Below, one piece after another: positions 62,217 to 64,000 of a DNA stretch of 64,000 bases. The DNA comes from the human T2T-CHM13v2.0 reference genome, Homo sapiens: NCBI RefSeq assembly GCF_009914755.1, contig NC_060948.1, one strand, 5' to 3'. The translations under genes were made by a program, and so were the position numbers. The stretch's first letter is position 1. Each line of letters begins with the position of its first letter. A model generated the notes under the pieces. It saw nothing but the letters and a program-made list of their open reading frames with translations. It was not told the DNA's origin and did not search any database.

Positions 62217-64000
62217 ATGAAATGGAATGGAATTGAATGGAAAGTAATGCAATGGAATAGAATGGAACGAAATTTCACGGAATGGAATCAAACTGAATGG
62301 AATCAAATCAATGGAATCTAATCAAATGGAATGGAAAGGAATTGAATGGAGTAGATTGGATTGGATGGGATTGGAATGAAATGTACTGGAAAGGACTCGA
62401 ATTTCATGAAACGGAATGGAATGAATTGGAACGGAATGGACTCGAATGGAATGGAATGTCATGGAATGGCATCAAATGGAATGGCATCAAATGGAATGGA
62501 ATCGAATGCAATGGAATGCTATGGAAAGGAATGGAATGCATTGGAATGGAATGTCCTCTAATGGAATGGATTCGAGTGGAATGGAATCGAATATAATGGA
62601 GTCGAATGAAATGGAATTGAAAGGAATGGGATCGAATACAATGGAATATACTGGAATGTAATGTAATGAACTCGAATGTAATTGACTGGAATGGAATGTA
62701 CATGAATGGAATGTAATCGAATGGAAAGTAATCCAATGGAATAGAATCTAATGCAATAAAATCGACTCAGATAGAGTAGAATGTAATGGAATGGAGTGCA
62801 GTGCAATGGAATGGAATGGAATGGAATGCAATGGAATGGAATGAAATGGAATGGAATGGAATGGAATGGGATGGAATGGATAGTAATGGACTGGAGTGAA
62901 ATGGACTGGAAAGGAATGGACTCAAATTGAAAGGGCTCAAAAGGAATGGAGTCAAATGGAATGGTCTGGAATGGAATGAACACGAATGTAATGCAATCCA
63001 ATAGAATGGAATCGAATGGCATGGAATATAAAGAAATGGAATCGAAGAGAATGGAAACAAATGGAATGGAATTGAATGGAATGGAATTGAATGGAATGGG
63101 AACGAATGGAGTGAAATTGTATGCAGTAGAAGGGAATAGAATGGAATGCAAGCGAAAGGAAAGGAATGGATTGGAATGGAATGGAATTCATTGGAATGGA
63201 AGGGAATGTAGTGTAATGGACAGGCCTGGAATAAAGTGGAATGCTACGGTCTCGAATGGAATAAAAATATATGGAATGGAATGCAATGAAACGGAATCGA
63301 ATGTGATAGAATGTAATGGAATGCAAAAAAATGGAATCCAAAATCATTGACTGGAAAGGCTGGGTGTCGAAAGGAATTGACTCCAATGGAATGGAATCGA
63401 ATGGAATGGAAGTGAATAGAATCGAACTAAATCGAATGGAATGGAATTGATAGGAACGGAATGGAAAGGAATGCAATGATTTGGCATGGAATGGAATCGA
63501 ATGGCATCGAATGGAATGGAATGGAATGCAATGGAATGGAATGTATTAGAATGTAATGAACTTTAATGGAATGTACTCGAATGGATTCGACTGGAATGGA
63601 ATGTTCTGGAAGTGAATGGACTCCAATGGAATGGATTCAAAAGGAATGGAATCGTACGGAATGGAATCTAATGGAATGGAATTAAATGGAAATGAATCAA
63701 ATTGAATAGCACGGAATTGAATTGAATGGAATGGAATGCAATGGAATCTAATGAAACGGAAAGGAAAGGAATGGAATGGAATGGAATGGGCTGGAATGGA
63801 AAGGAATCGAAACGATTGGAATGGAATCGAACTGAAGAGACTGGAATGGAATGCACTGGAATGGAAGGGAATGTAATGGAAGGTTCTCGAAAAAAATGGA
63901 ATCGAATGGAATGGAATTGAATGGAACGGAATAGAGTCGAATGGAATTGAATGGAATGGAATGGACTAGAGTGAAATGGAATCGAACCAAAAGGAATGGA
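62217..64000 (+). repeat. DYZ1 monomer U8 (partial, runs off the window)
   Basis: Colinear with U1 up to the window end, with one pentamer fewer near 62870. Confidence 0.93.

Larger units (their letters stand above)
37366..64000 (+). repeat. DYZ1: DYZ1 / HSat3 (GGAAT)n satellite array with ~3.55 kb higher-order monomer (~7.5 copies)
   Basis: Diverged GGAAT pentamers throughout. One HaeIII site (GGCC in GGACAGGCCTGG) is seen per monomer, at 38377, 41926, 45475, 49009, 52562, 56111, 59675 and 63223 (spacings 3549, 3549, 3534, 3553, 3549, 3564, 3548). A constant EcoRI site lies 39 bp upstream of each (e.g. 38338). This fits the classical ~3.5 kb male-specific HaeIII/EcoRI DYZ1 repeat, and adjacency to DYZ2 supports Yq12. 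Confidence 0.96.

Noticed and set aside
37446-63990. Many MEWNG- and FHSIP-repeat ORFs of up to 305 aa on both strands
   Set aside because: GGAAT and ATTCC pentamer repeats have no stop codon in any frame, so long overlapping ORFs are expected. They are a well-known source of spurious proteins.
37366-64000. Assignment to HSat2, or to telomeric or G-quadruplex repeats
   Set aside because: The sequence is dominated by GGAAT with a 3.55 kb period and lacks the HSat2-type CATTCGATTC/ATCATC periodic signature. It has no TTAGGG arrays and almost no clustered GGG runs.

Overview
This window is satellite DNA with no supportable genes. It matches human Y-chromosome long-arm heterochromatin (Yq12) across one boundary between its two alternating satellite arrays; the identification comes from recognising the sequence structure, not from a database search. 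Bases 1-37365 are about 15.4 head-to-tail copies of the ~2.42 kb DYZ2/HSat1B composite repeat. Each copy is a ~1.55 kb very AT-rich module, a ~570 bp HSATI-type module and a ~290 bp 5'-clipped Alu on the + strand. Bases 37366-64000 are about 7.5 copies of the ~3.55 kb DYZ1/HSat3 repeat built from diverged GGAAT pentamers. The arrays are joined cleanly with 1 nt of microhomology, exactly where the DYZ2 AT-rich module ends. All listed ORFs are artefacts of low complexity and repetition. The most interesting signal is that each DYZ1 monomer carries three perfect, in-register heat-shock elements (nGAAnnTTCnnGAAn), intact at 22 of 23 positions in the window, inside a TEAD-motif (GGAATG) lattice. 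Other findings are the junction structure, shared-variant tracts at 1-, 2-, 3- and 5-monomer offsets, a recombinant monomer, more divergent monomers at the array edge, and a length-neutral 10-bp block shift. I found no new protein-coding system.
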